64,000 nt of DNA from Histomonas meleagridis 2922-C6/04-290x (Eukaryota; Protista; Parabasalia). Below are positions 44,046-56,265 of the stretch, in pieces. Positions within the stretch are counted from its first letter, which is position 1, and every line of letters begins with the position of its first letter. The position numbers and the translations under genes are program-made. The stretch spans positions 62,001 to 126,000 of the forward strand of contig JAANOX010000093.1 of NCBI GenBank assembly GCA_020184695.1, given 5' to 3'. The notes below the pieces were generated by a model. It was not told where the DNA came from, ran no database searches, and worked only from the letters and a program-made list of their open reading frames with translations.

Positions 44046-46882
44046 TTAGAATTTGAATTTAGCGCATATCAATTTAATTATTTCTTTGTGATTAAATTTC
44101 GAAGCTATTAGAAGTGCTGTTTGAAGTTTTTTGAATAATTTCCAAATAATGTTATAAAATTTTATTTTATTTAAATGAATTTTAAATAATATAGTTAATT
44201 ATTTTTAGCATTAACATCAATTTCTTTTTGTTCGACAAGAGCTTTCACAACTTCATAATTACCTTTGAATGCTGCTGAATGAAGTGATGTCCAAAATATT
44301 ATTCATAATTTCCAAATGTTATACAAAAATAAGAAACAATTAAAATAAATATCATAGAAAACAAATTAATATTTTTAGCATTTATATCAATTCCTTTTAG
44401 TTCAAGGAGTAACTGAACTACTTCTAAATGGCCATTTAAAGATGCAAGAATAAGTGCTGTATTAAATAATTTATATAATTTCCAAACATTATTTTTAAAA
44501 ATAAAATTATTAAAATAAATATTAATTAAAACATAAAAATATTTTTAGCATTTATATCAATTCCTTTTTGTTCAAGTAGTAATTCAACGACTTCTAAATA
44601 ACTATACGAAGATGCTAAAATAAGTGCTGTATAAAATAATTCAAATATTTTCGATATATTATTTTGAAATACTGAAATAATAAAATAATCATGGAATATT
44701 TTCTACAAAAACTATTTCTAGCATTAATATTTATTCCTTCTTGTTTAATAAGCAAACCAACTATTTCTGTACTACCATTTTCAGATGCATAAATAAGTGC
44801 TGATTTCTATATTTTAAGTAATTTCCAAATAATGTTTTTAGATTTTATTTTATTTATATAAAAATTAAGCAAAAGAAACAAATATCTTGAGTATTAATAT
44901 CAATCCCATTTTTTTTAAGAAGTGATTTAACGATTTTTGCATGACCCTTTTCTGAAGCACATGTAAGTGCTGTTTGAAATAATTTGTATAATTTCCTAAT
45001 ATTTTTTAGGAATTTCAAATTATTAAAATAAATATCAAATGAAATAAAAAAATATTTTTGGCATTAATATCAATTTCTTTTTGTTTTAAAAGTAATTTAA
45101 CTATTTCCAAATGACCTTGATAAGATGCAAGAATAAGTGCAGTATTAAATAATTTAAATTTTTTCCAAATAGTATTTTGGAATACTGAAAAATTGAAATA
45201 AACATGAAACTAAATTTACAAAAATTATTTTTAATATTGACATTAATCTCTGTTTGTTCAAGAAGTAACTTAACTATTTCTATGTAACCATTTTCAGATG
45301 CATAAACAAGCGCAGCTTTTTATAATTTAAATAATTTCCAAATAATATTTTGAAATATCAAATTATTAAAATAAATATCAAATAAAACAAATAAATATCT
45401 TTAGCATTCATATCAATTCCTTCTTGTTCAAGAAGTAATTTAACTATTTCCAAATGACCTTGATAAGATGCAAGAATAAGTGCAGTATTAAATAATTTAA
45501 ATTTTTTCCAAATAAAATTTTGAAAAATAAAATTGTTGATATAGATTTGATTTTAAACATAAAAACACTTTTAGCATTAATATCAATTTCTTTTTTCTTA
45601 ATAAGTAATTTAACTATTTTTAAATATCCAAAAAAAGATGCTGTCATAAGTGATGTATTAAACAACTTAAATAAATCCCAAATTTTATTTAAAAATGATG
45701 TAAAGTTGAAACAAATTTCAAATCAAACTAATAAATATTTTTGTAATTAATATCAATTTTTTTGTGTTCTAAAATGAACTTAACTAATTCATTATTTCCT
45801 GATTCTGTAGAATAAATTAAAATATCTTTTGGAATTGGATTAAATTCAAGAAAATATTTGACAAGAAATATGTTTCCAATTTTTGCTGATTCATTAATAA
45901 TACCATCATTGACTTGCAACCCCTCTTCAAGTAAAAATGAAAAAATTTCATAATTATGATATAAAATACAAAACTTTCCTAATTCTTCTAAATTATTATT
46001 TTTAAAAACTTTGTTTTCATAAAGATATTTAAAGATATTATTTTTATGAAATTGAATTGCTGTTTCATATGCATATTCAAATGATGAATGATTTTGTTCA
46101 CATAAATGAATAATTTCAAGATTTCCACTTGCAACAGCATATTTTCCTGTGTTATTTACATTTGCACCATTCGTAAGTAAATATTTAAAACATTTAACTG
46201 ATCCAAAAAATGCTGCATAATTAATTAATGTTACATTGCTTTCATTAATAAATGAACATCTTTCATAAAGTGATGGCTCAATTCTTTGATTAAAATCGAA
46301 ATTTGCTTGTGGTGATATTTCTTGAAGTTTTTCGATTTCATCATTTCGAATTATCTTTGCAATTTCATTTGGATTAACTCCTTCTTCAATTAATTGCTTA
46401 TGAAGCTCCCAATTGTTTTTTGAAAGTTCATCATAATTTTCAATAATTGATTCTAAAAATTCAGAATATATAAATTTTTTAATTTCTTCTTTCGACATGT
46501 AATGTGCAAAATAGAGATTGCTTTTGTTAATTTTTGGCTCAATAAAATGTAGTTCATACATTTTTTCAAGAAGCCAAAATGACTCATGTGTATTTTTGTT
46601 AATGAGGAAAATTGTAATGACATCAATTATTTTCGATTTTATTTTGTTTTTCTCATATTTTTCAATTTCTTTAATTAAGTTCAAATAAATATTAAAATCA
46701 TTAATTCGCAAATCAAATATTGTATACAACATTTGGGAAATCATTAAATTAAAAGATAATGAATAATTTTTTTCATATTTGTTGATGATGGAGTTTCTTA
46801 ATTGATTAAAATTTAAATCATTTAAATCAAAAAACATTCTATTTATAAGTATGAGTGTTTCCAATTGGTCTTGATTTGACAT
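44046..46882 (-). CDS. DUF3447-like + ankyrin-repeat gene, intact (718 aa) if the 17-nt spacers are removed
   Basis: 382-aa first segment, then ten clusters (eight of 80 nt, two of 83 nt) separating stop-free 30-codon ankyrin blocks; TAA at 44048-44046. Confidence 0.85.
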
Positions 46883-47015
46883 GTAAAAATGGCTTGAAAC
46901 TCACTTTTTGACTGCTTTATGTAATTTTTTTGCGGCCATCTATACACTCAAAAGCTCAAGAGTTCAAATGGCGGTTTCCCACTTTTTATGTGGAGCTCCT
47001 TTGGCTTAGGGTTTG

Positions 47016-47774
47016 ATGAGCAAGTTCCAAGCGATCCAAGTAACAGATTTTTCAACGCCCAAACCTGAAAACGCCATTAGAGTCTTCTGTTTTTCGGATA
47101 CGCATGGTCTTCATGCAGACATCCCTCGAGAACATATTGTCCCCGCAGATATTGGAATAATGGTTGGTGACTTTACAGGATATGGCAATGTTACTGATGT
47201 TGACAGCTTTCGTGATTGGTATCTTCAATTGCCATTTACCCACAAAATTGTCATTGCAGGTAACCATGAGATTTCTTTTGATGAGGCCAATCGTGAATCA
47301 ATCACACCAATGTGGAATGACCGATTTACGGTCCCAGTGGAGACTATCAAATCACATATTTATCATGAAGGATTGATCTATGCTGAACATTCCACAATTG
47401 AACTTATGGGTCTTAAGATCTTCTGTTCACCATACACTCCTTTCTTCTGTAACTGGGCCTTTCCAGTACCAAGCAATGATGATAAATTTTGGGATGCGAT
47501 TCCATATGGCACAGATATTATCGCAACGCATGGTCCACCCCGCGGCATCCTTGACATCACAGCAGGCAATTTCCCCGTGAATTGTGGAGACCCATTACTC
47601 GCGAGACGTGTTTCCCAGGTCAAACCAGCGCTCCACATATTCGGACACATACACGAAACGTACGGAATCAAAGTTAGTAAAGCGTTTGGAACGACGTTTG
47701 CGAATGTTTCTGTTGCAAACTTCCATTATAAAATTGTGAACAAGCCATTTGTATTCGATATGGTTCCTAAATAA
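47016..47774 (+). CDS. calcineurin-like metallophosphoesterase (MPPED/239FB-like)
   Basis: SDTHG, GDFT, IAGNHE, THGPP, HIFGHIHE. Confidence 0.92.
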   Translation: MSKFQAIQVTDFSTPKPENAIRVFCFSDTHGLHADIPREHIVPADIGIMVGDFTGYGNVTDVDSFRDWYLQLPFTHKIVIAGNHEISFDEANRESITPMWNDRFTVPVETIKSHIYHEGLIYAEHSTIELMGLKIFCSPYTPFFCNWAFPVPSNDDKFWDAIPYGTDIIATHGPPRGILDITAGNFPVNCGDPLLARRVSQVKPALHIFGHIHETYGIKVSKAFGTTFANVSVANFHYKIVNKPFVFDMVPK

Positions 47775-47905
47775 ATTAAGTAAAATTTTAATACGATTAT
47801 GCACATCAATTGTTGTAATTGAGAATAAAAAATTTTATCGGTATAAAAAATAATTCATACATTTTAATATTAAATTTTATGTAAAAAATTATTAAATCTG
47901 TCTGT

Positions 47906-50900
47906 TTATTTAGAACTCATGAATTTTTTAAGCCTTAATAATTGTATTATTTCCGGGTTATCAGTCAAAGTCGATGCATAATCATAAACAATATTTTCTT
48001 GCTTTATAAGTAACTTTATAACATCAATGTAACATCCTTGGCAAGCATATGCAAGAGCAGTTTTAAAAGACACAAAAAAAATTCCAAATATAACGTCAAA
48101 ATATCAATTTTTTCAAATAAACATCAAAAATTAATATCAAATAGTTTTCGCATTTATATCAATATCTTTATGATCAAGAAGTAACTGTACCACATTAATA
48201 GATCCGTTCCTACATGCTGACATTAGTGCTGTCCAAAATATTTTTTGAAAATTCCAAATATAAATTCAAAACATTGAAATTATTAAAGAAACAGCAAATA
48301 AAATATTGATATAGTTTTAGCATTAATATCAATTTGTTCTTGTTCAAGAAGTAATTTTACAACTTCTGCATCTCCTTTCGAACAAGCAAGCATTAATAAT
48401 GTAATAAATTGTTGGATTAATCTCCAAATTATTTGATAAGACATAAAATATTTTATTATAATTTTGATAAGATGAAATAAACATCTCTCTCATTGATATT
48501 AATTCCTTTTTGTTGAAGAAGTAATTTAACAATATTAGTATTATTATTTTTACAAGTAATCATAAGTGGCGAGTTAAATAATTTGAATAATTTCCAAATA
48601 ATATATGAAAACAGCTTAAAATCAAAATAAATTTTATATAAAATAAATTGATATCATTAACATTCACATCAATTTCATCTTGTTCAAGAAGTAATTTTAT
48701 TATTTCTTCATGATTATTTAAACAAGCAATTAAAAGAGGTGTTCTTTTTAATTTAATTAAATTCCAAACATTTCTTTTAAACATCAAAATTTTTATATAA
48801 ATTTTAAATAAAAAATAAAAATATCTTTTTCATTAACATCAATTTTCTTTGTATCCAAAAGTAATTTGACAATTTCAGTATAACCATTTGAACATGCAAT
48901 ATTTAGTGGTGTCATAAATAATTTGAAGAAATTCTAAATTATTAAATGAAACATGAATTAATACAATTATACTTTATCTAAAGTAAATTAATATCTTTTA
49001 AGTTTAAATCAATTTCTTTATGTGTAAGAAGCAAAGAAACAATTTTTGGTTTATTATTTTCTACTGCAATGATTAATGCTGTTTTAAATATATCAAACAA
49101 ATTCCAAATAGTGAAAACAATCATTAAACTCTTAAAATAAATATTATTCAATAAAAATTAACTTTTTTTTCATTTATGTTTAAACCATTTTGTTCAAGAA
49201 GCAATTTAACAATTTGTGAATGGCCTCTTTTACATTCATTCATGAGTAATGTGGAAAATAATATAAATAAATTCCATATAAACCATAAAAAAATCAAAAC
49301 TTTTAATGAAACATTAGATAAAATGCTAAAACATGTTTATAATTAATATCAATTCCTTTAATTGAAAGTAATAATTTAATGGCTTCCGGATTATTGCTGT
49401 TTGAAGCAATTTTAAGCAATTTAAAAAATATTAAAAACAAATTCCAAATAAAAAATAGAAACATGTAACACATTAAACTAACAACAAATAAAAAGAAAAA
49501 ATATGTCTTGTATTGATTTCAATATTAGTTTGTTTCAATAATAAATGCATAATCTTTGTATCACCTTTTGAACAAGCCCACATAAAAGCATCCCAAAAAC
49601 AAAAAAACAAATTTTAAATATTAAGATAATATATCAAATAAAAATTAAAAACATTAGAAAAATATATAAAACATCTTTTATATTAATATCTATATTTTTA
49701 GTCGATAGTAATAATTTTGCTATCTCAAAATAACCATTTGAACAAGCCAACATTAGTGGTGTACAAAATATTTAAAATAAATTCCAAAAAGTAAATAAAA
49801 TAAACACCAATTAAATCATTTAAACATTTTTTGCATTATAATCAATATCTCTAAACTTAAAAGTATATTCAATAACTTCAATATTTCCGGATAAAACAGA
49901 ATTTAATAAAATATTTTTAGGTAAATTAGAATTCTTTAGTGCATATTTCATTAATATATATATATTACCATTCTTTGCAGATTCTTGAACCATCATTTCA
50001 TTAATGTTTAGTCCTTCATTTTCCAAGAAAAACAATATATCATAATTATCATATTCAACACAAAGTTTCCCGAGTTCATTTATATCTTTCATTTTGGAAA
50101 TTTGAAATTCAGAAAGATAAAAAAATATTTCGTTTCGGTGAAACATAATAGCAGTTTCATACGCTTCTTCAAATGTTGCAGCGTTTTTTGAACATAATTG
50201 GATAATTTCATGATTTTGACCTGCAACTGCAAATTTTCCTGTGTTTGTAACAGTTGCTCCATTTTCTAAAAGAAATTGAAAACATTTAATCGATCCAAAG
50301 AATGCTGCATAATCAATTAATGAAATATTAAATTGATTAACAAAAGAATGTCTTTCATATAAAGATGGTTCAATATTTTGATTCAAATTAAAATTCATTT
50401 GTGATGAAATTTCACGAAGTTTTTTAAAATCATCATTTTTAATGATTTGTGCAATTTTAGTTGAATTTGTTCCTTCATTAACATAAATTTTATGAAGTGC
50501 CCAATTATCTTTAGAGAGTTCTTCTATATTTGCTAAAAATTGCTTACTAAAAGGAACGCGTTTTAATTGAAGAATCTCATCATACTTCATGTGATGTGAA
50601 AATAACAAAGATTGTTTTGATTTAAGAAATGTCTCATCAATAAGTTGATTTTCATACATTTTTTCTAGAATAAATTTTACTTCTTGTGAATCTATTTTAT
50701 TAATAAGTTGCAAGAAAATTTTAGTTATCTTTTGATCATAATGAACTGCTTCTCCTTCAATAGATTCCATCGCTAATAAATATTTAATAAAAATATTATA
50801 ATCTTTGTTTTGTGAAATAATTGCTGTATAAACTAATCGGCAAATAGCTAATCTGAATGAATATGGGTGAATTGCATCAAAGTAATTACAAGTTGATTTT

Positions 50901-51028
50901 GCAGATTCTTCAATGTTATCATCAGTTAATTCGAAAATTATTTTCTGTAATGACCTAAGATTCTTTATATAATTGCCTTCAAGATTCTCTTGAGAGTTCA
51001 TGCAAAATGATTTTAAAATTGAATACAT
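47906..51028 (-). CDS. DUF3447-like + ankyrin-repeat gene, intact (796 aa) if the 17-nt spacers are removed
   Basis: 401-aa first segment, then eleven clusters (63 nt, nine of 80 nt, one of 81 nt) separating stop-free ankyrin blocks; TAA at 47908-47906. Confidence 0.85.
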
Positions 51029-51311
51029 TACTTTATATAAATGTCAAATGCAACTTCTTTTTGGAAATTGAAAAGTTTATATGTGAACTGAAACAATTTA
51101 CGCTCAGTTTAAACAGGGAATGTTCTCGTTTAAACAAAATAGTTAGCACACATATGAGCACATTCACAAAGCTTGTTTTTTTTTTTTTTCAAGTAGTGTG
51201 TTCGTTTCAGAAATTTAGATTAATTAAAATATATTTTTTTAATTAAAACACATTATACATCAAAAGTTTTTGAATATAATTATTACATATAATATTAATC
51301 CGATAGCATTT

Positions 51312-52172
51312 TTATACAATATTTTTGGAGATCTTAATCCGCTCCTGTTCGCGTAGAATCCATTCCTTTCCGAGAAATTCTATAAAAAATTGGTGCGTTA
51401 AGCATTGTTCAGCGCGTGGTCGTTTGTTTGGGTCCTTATTGAGCATTTGCGAAATCAATGCTCGCAAAGAAAAAGGATAGTTTTTCCATTCCTTTTCTTG
51501 GAAACTAAGCCTTATATTGGCTGCATCTTTTCGCATTTCTTCGATTTTTTTGAGAACAAGTAGTTCTTTCTTTGTGATAAGATAGAAAAATGTGGCACCT
51601 AGAGACCATATATCTGATTCAAGACCGTGCGGCTGAAGAGATAATAACTCTGGAGATGAGTATGTGTAGGTCATTGCGTGACAACGACATAGATGATCTA
51701 TTGAATTTAATTTGTTAGCATGCCCAAAATCAATGATCTTTGGTTGAGGATCATCAAAGTCATTGATTTTAAGAACAATATTACCAGGTTTAATGTCTCC
51801 ATGGAGAATTGACATAGAATGAAGATATTCAATCCCTTCGAGAGTTCTGAACATAATTTTAGCAATAGCTAATGGGTTAGATATCTTAATGTCCAAGAGT
51901 GAACACCTTGCTCTTGGCATCAAAAGAACTCTGAATTCTTGAAAATCAAAAAAATCAAATAAAGGCATAATGTATGGGTGCCTTAAAGAACTCTGTATTG
52001 AGCATTCTCTTTCTATTCTTTCTTCTGTCGTGTTTTTGTGATTAATAAGTTTAATTACCATCTTTTGAGATGTAAGAGGAGCTTGCACTGCATACACAAT
52101 AGAGTTTTGTGTCCGATCGATAGGTACCATCAATCGAAAGTGTTTTATACGAGAAGGTGGGTTAGACTGCAT
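51312..52172 (-). CDS. Ser/Thr protein kinase (CAMK-like)
   Basis: MVIK, HGDIKPGN, DFG, SPE, DIWSLG; no obvious Gly-rich loop. Confidence 0.9.
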   Translation of the reverse strand: MQSNPPSRIKHFRLMVPIDRTQNSIVYAVQAPLTSQKMVIKLINHKNTTEERIERECSIQSSLRHPYIMPLFDFFDFQEFRVLLMPRARCSLLDIKISNPLAIAKIMFRTLEGIEYLHSMSILHGDIKPGNIVLKINDFDDPQPKIIDFGHANKLNSIDHLCRCHAMTYTYSSPELLSLQPHGLESDIWSLGATFFYLITKKELLVLKKIEEMRKDAANIRLSFQEKEWKNYPFSLRALISQMLNKDPNKRPRAEQCLTHQFFIEFLGKEWILREQERIKISKNIV

Positions 52173-53010
52173 AAAAATAATTTACAGCGCATTACAGAAA
52201 AACAAAATCTTACTTCACAAAATTAAAATAGTAGAAAACTCCTTTGGAGATAGAATCATACTTTTATAATTAAAATTTTAAAAGAAATGTTAAACCTAGA
52301 ATTTGATATAAAATGTAACAAAACTAATTATATATAATAAAAAAGATATCTTTATTCTTTTTATCGATTTAAATTGTATTTAAACTGGCCATTCAGTATT
52401 CAAATTCTATGAAATAAATTTTACGGAAAATTGTTAACCGTAATTATTAAAATGTAAATATCAAGATTAATATCTAAAATTTGATTTAATATTTCATTAA
52501 ATTAAATGTAATAAATTATTGTTTTAATATTAAAACATAAAATATAATTAACATTAATGAAAAATGTTACATGCAAGAATGAAAAAACGATAAAAATTGA
52601 ATGAAGTTGGTTTTGTGCAAAGGAGGTTACCGATGGAAAATTTCATAAATTTTCGGCAAGGTTAAAAAAACCTTATGCATATACTTAAAAATTTCATACA
52701 CCTTAATGATATAATTTATTCCAATGACTTTGAAAATCTATATTTCATCAATATATAATTTTTTAATGAAGGTTTTCTACTCAACTGAAATTTGATTTCA
52801 ACAACTTATTCCTCTTTTCATTTATTCATTGTTAAAGCAAAGTATCTTAGCATATCATCAGATCTGAAGATAATAATAAAATTAAGTTTTTCTAAATAGA
52901 ATTCCATTTAATTATCAAACATTACTTGCAAAAGTTTTTGTGAAGACAAAACTTTTCCTTTGTTCTGTCTTCTTTTGAAAGAATGACTTATTGCTTATCC
53001 TGCTAATAAA

Positions 53011-53939
53011 TCATCCATGCGAAACTGTTGGATGTTTTAATGATGAAGGTCTATGTATGTTTACAATCTTTCCCGATTTTGCTTTACGAGGAGCAGCACA
53101 ATTATTATTTTGAACACCATCAAATATTGGCATAGAATAAGCTTTGATAACTGTACTCTTTTATTTGGATCAATATCTGTCATTGATATTATTAGTTGAC
53201 AAAATTCTTCATCAGCATTTGACGGAAATAAAAGAACACCTTTTTGTATTGCTATATCTAATTCTTCATTATTGTTAACAATCCAAGGAAGTCTTCCAAA
53301 TGCAAGAGCATAAAATGTTATTCCTAGTGCCCAAATATCTGATAAAAAAGGATCGCTCTTTTGTCTTTTAATAATTTCTGGTGCCATAAAGGGACGGGAA
53401 CCTGCAATATTTGATAACATTTGACCTTTTTTTATTTTTTGGCTAAGTCCAAAGTCCGAAAGTTTTGGTCTTCCATAATTATCTAATAGAATGTTTGCTG
53501 GTTTTATATCTCTATGTGCAACATTCTTTTCATGACAATAGATGAGTGCATTCATTATTTGGTAACTAAAAGAATATAATTGTGGAGGATCTAATGGACC
53601 TTCTTTCTCTATTAAATCTTTTAGAGAACCATTTTCACAATATTCTAATACAATATATAAAGTATTGTAACTTTCATCAAAAAAAAATTCATACATTGAT
53701 ATAATATTTGGATGACATAAATGAAATAATGTCGTAGCTTCATTTTTGGTTTCTATAAGTTCTGTTTCTATCTGTTTGATTCTTTTGATGCAAAATTCTT
53801 GATTATATTTAATCGATCGTACAAGAAATACTGACCCATAACCACCTACACCAATAGGCCTTACATATTGATAATGATGTTCAGGGAGGACTTTATAAAC
53901 TTCTGCAAGACTAATTTGGACAACTGGATTCAGATACAT
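53011..53939 (-). CDS. Ser/Thr protein kinase (probable 1-nt indel near 53135)
   Basis: GVGGYGSV, FCIK, HRDIKPAN, DFG, APE, DIWALG. A more plausible hydrophilic tail (MPIFDGVQNNN…SHG*) lies in another frame. Confidence 0.88.
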
Positions 53940-54416
53940 AAAATTTCTGGTAAATTCGATGTCTTTTACAAACCCCAGAAAAACCGACAATGATTTAAAT
54001 AGAGCATCATTGAAATCGCTGCTTTTTGAATAATGGCAGTTTACCAAAAATAAAAAACAATTTTACTGTAATATAATATGAGAAAAATATGTAAAAAATG
54101 CAAAAATAATTCATTATAATAATAGTATTTTTGTAGTTTTGTACGAATTTTATTTGTCATTGAAGAGTGAAGAAATAAAAATATTTTAACCTACAATTCC
54201 AAGCAGAAAAAACATTGTTAAAATGCGTTGTATTCAACTTAACCGATTTCTGGTTTGAAAAGACCTCATTCAATTTTTGAGGGTAAAATTTATGATCATC
54301 AATATCAGTCATTTTTTGAGAATTAACGGTCATTCCTGTAAATTTAACGTTAAATTGACCTGAATAACCGTAAAAATATCTCAAAAAGTTGGGTAATGAC
54401 GGTTGAATCACTCTAA

Positions 54417-55545
54417 ATGGAAAACAAAGTAAATGAAAGTCAATTAAAACGAATTATTGAGTTCGTGAAGGCGCAAAATATTATTCGTGATTTAGATAAG
54501 AAAAACATAGAAGAATCGGCTTCGATAATATTGAATTTATTTGATAATAATTTCATGCTATCAATAAATCTGATCATTAGTCAATTGGTTTATTCAGCTT
54601 TTTTTTCAAGGATAATTGACTATACTTTATGTTTAGAATTTATAAAAATTATTCAACAAAAAGAAAATAATAAAACCCAAACAATTACAAATGTTTTTAC
54701 TCAATTTCTTCTTGACTCAGATACACAAGACTCAAATTATTTACTTGAAAAGATGATAGAAACTTATATTATAAATTCAGATATCGTTAAGAACAAAAAC
54801 CCCTATATTTATACATTATAAAGCCAAAAACGATATCAAACTTTCAATCAAAATCTACAATTTTATAATGAGATAAATGATAATATTGAAGAAATATCAA
54901 AGAATGATTGGGAACTTCATAAGAAGTATATTAAAGAAGGAGTTAATAAGAATGAATTATCAAAAATAATTCGAAATGATGAAATAGAAAAACTTCAAGA
55001 AATATCATCACAAACAAATTTTAATATTATTCAAACAATTGAGCCATCATTTTACGAAAGATGTTCATTTGTTAATGATTATAATGTTACATTAATTGAT
55101 TATGCAGCATTTTTTGGATCAATTAAATGTTTTAAATATTTACTTATGAATGGTGCAAAATTAGAAAACACAGGTAAATATGCAGTTGCAGGTGGAAATG
55201 AAGAAATCATTTATTTATGTGGGCAGAATTATTCAACATTTCGAAATGCATATTACACAACGATTATTTGTCATCGAAATGATTTTCAAAACCATGATTT
55301 TCTATAGAAAATTTGATGATGGACTTAAAAATATACTTGCAATTAAATGAATTGAATCAAATAATTATATTCTTCTATCATTTCTTGAAGATAATGATTT
55401 CAAGATTAAAGATTAAAGGAAATGAAGAAATTATTAAAATACTTTCTCAAGATGGTATTGATATAAATGAAAAAACATTTTTTTGTATAATTTAATAATC
55501 ATTTAAAATATTTTATGTAATTAAATACTATTTGGAATTCAATTA
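54417..55545 (+). pseudogene. DUF3447-like/ankyrin pseudogene with one remnant spacer cluster
   Basis: Frameshifted N-terminal domain (…LIDYAAFFGSIKCFKYLL…). At 55477-55536: 17 nt|AAT|17 nt|TAT|17 nt|GGA, then truncation. Confidence 0.75.
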
Positions 55546-56081
55546 ATTGACTTCTAACGGCACCTGCAAGAAATAACGAGCCCAAAAAAAGCACAAAATT
55601 AATTCAAAAGAAAAAAAAAAATTAAAACCGTAGTAAAAAAGTCGAAATAATTTTTATATACGTATATGCATTAATGTATGATACATCTGAAGAAAATTGG
55701 TTTAATAAAAATTAAAAGAATTTTATAAATAATTTAAATTTTGAAGAATTTGTTGAGCTTCATATATAAAGTAGTAAATAGAAGAGAGAAGATTTTTATA
55801 TGAACCTGTATGATTTTATTTAATAATAGATCGTAATTACATTGAAAAAACAGGTGAAACTTTAAATTAACGAAAATTCCTTGAACACTGAAAAATTAAA
55901 CATGTCTGTTCGAAATAATTTGAATGGCTTTGTTTGCTAAAAGAACGTTAATATATAACCGTTCAAAGATGTTGAGCCAGGCACCCCTACGGTTTTTACT
56001 TCACCTGGGATATTTTTTGTTGTGCACAACAACACTTTAATGCTGAGTGGTAGCGTAACTCATGAAACAATAAATATCAGA

Positions 56082-56265
56082 ATGAATGGGAAGTGTTACT
56101 CGTGATCAAGAAGCTAGTTTTTGATTTGAGTGAAGAAAATATCACTCAGTCAGCAAAAGCGATAATTGACAAATTTGAAAAAAATCATAATAATTATTAT
56201 CCATATGATATATACTTTATTTGTTCTAAGGGGGAAAGATTTTGATTTATATTTGAAATTTTTAA
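56082..56265 (+). pseudogene. 5' fragment of a DUF3447-like/ankyrin family gene
   Basis: IKKLVFDLSEENITQSAKAIIDKF resembles QKIIFELTDDNIEESAK (51028 gene) and QAIFSLNEENLSKS (23037 gene). Confidence 0.5.
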
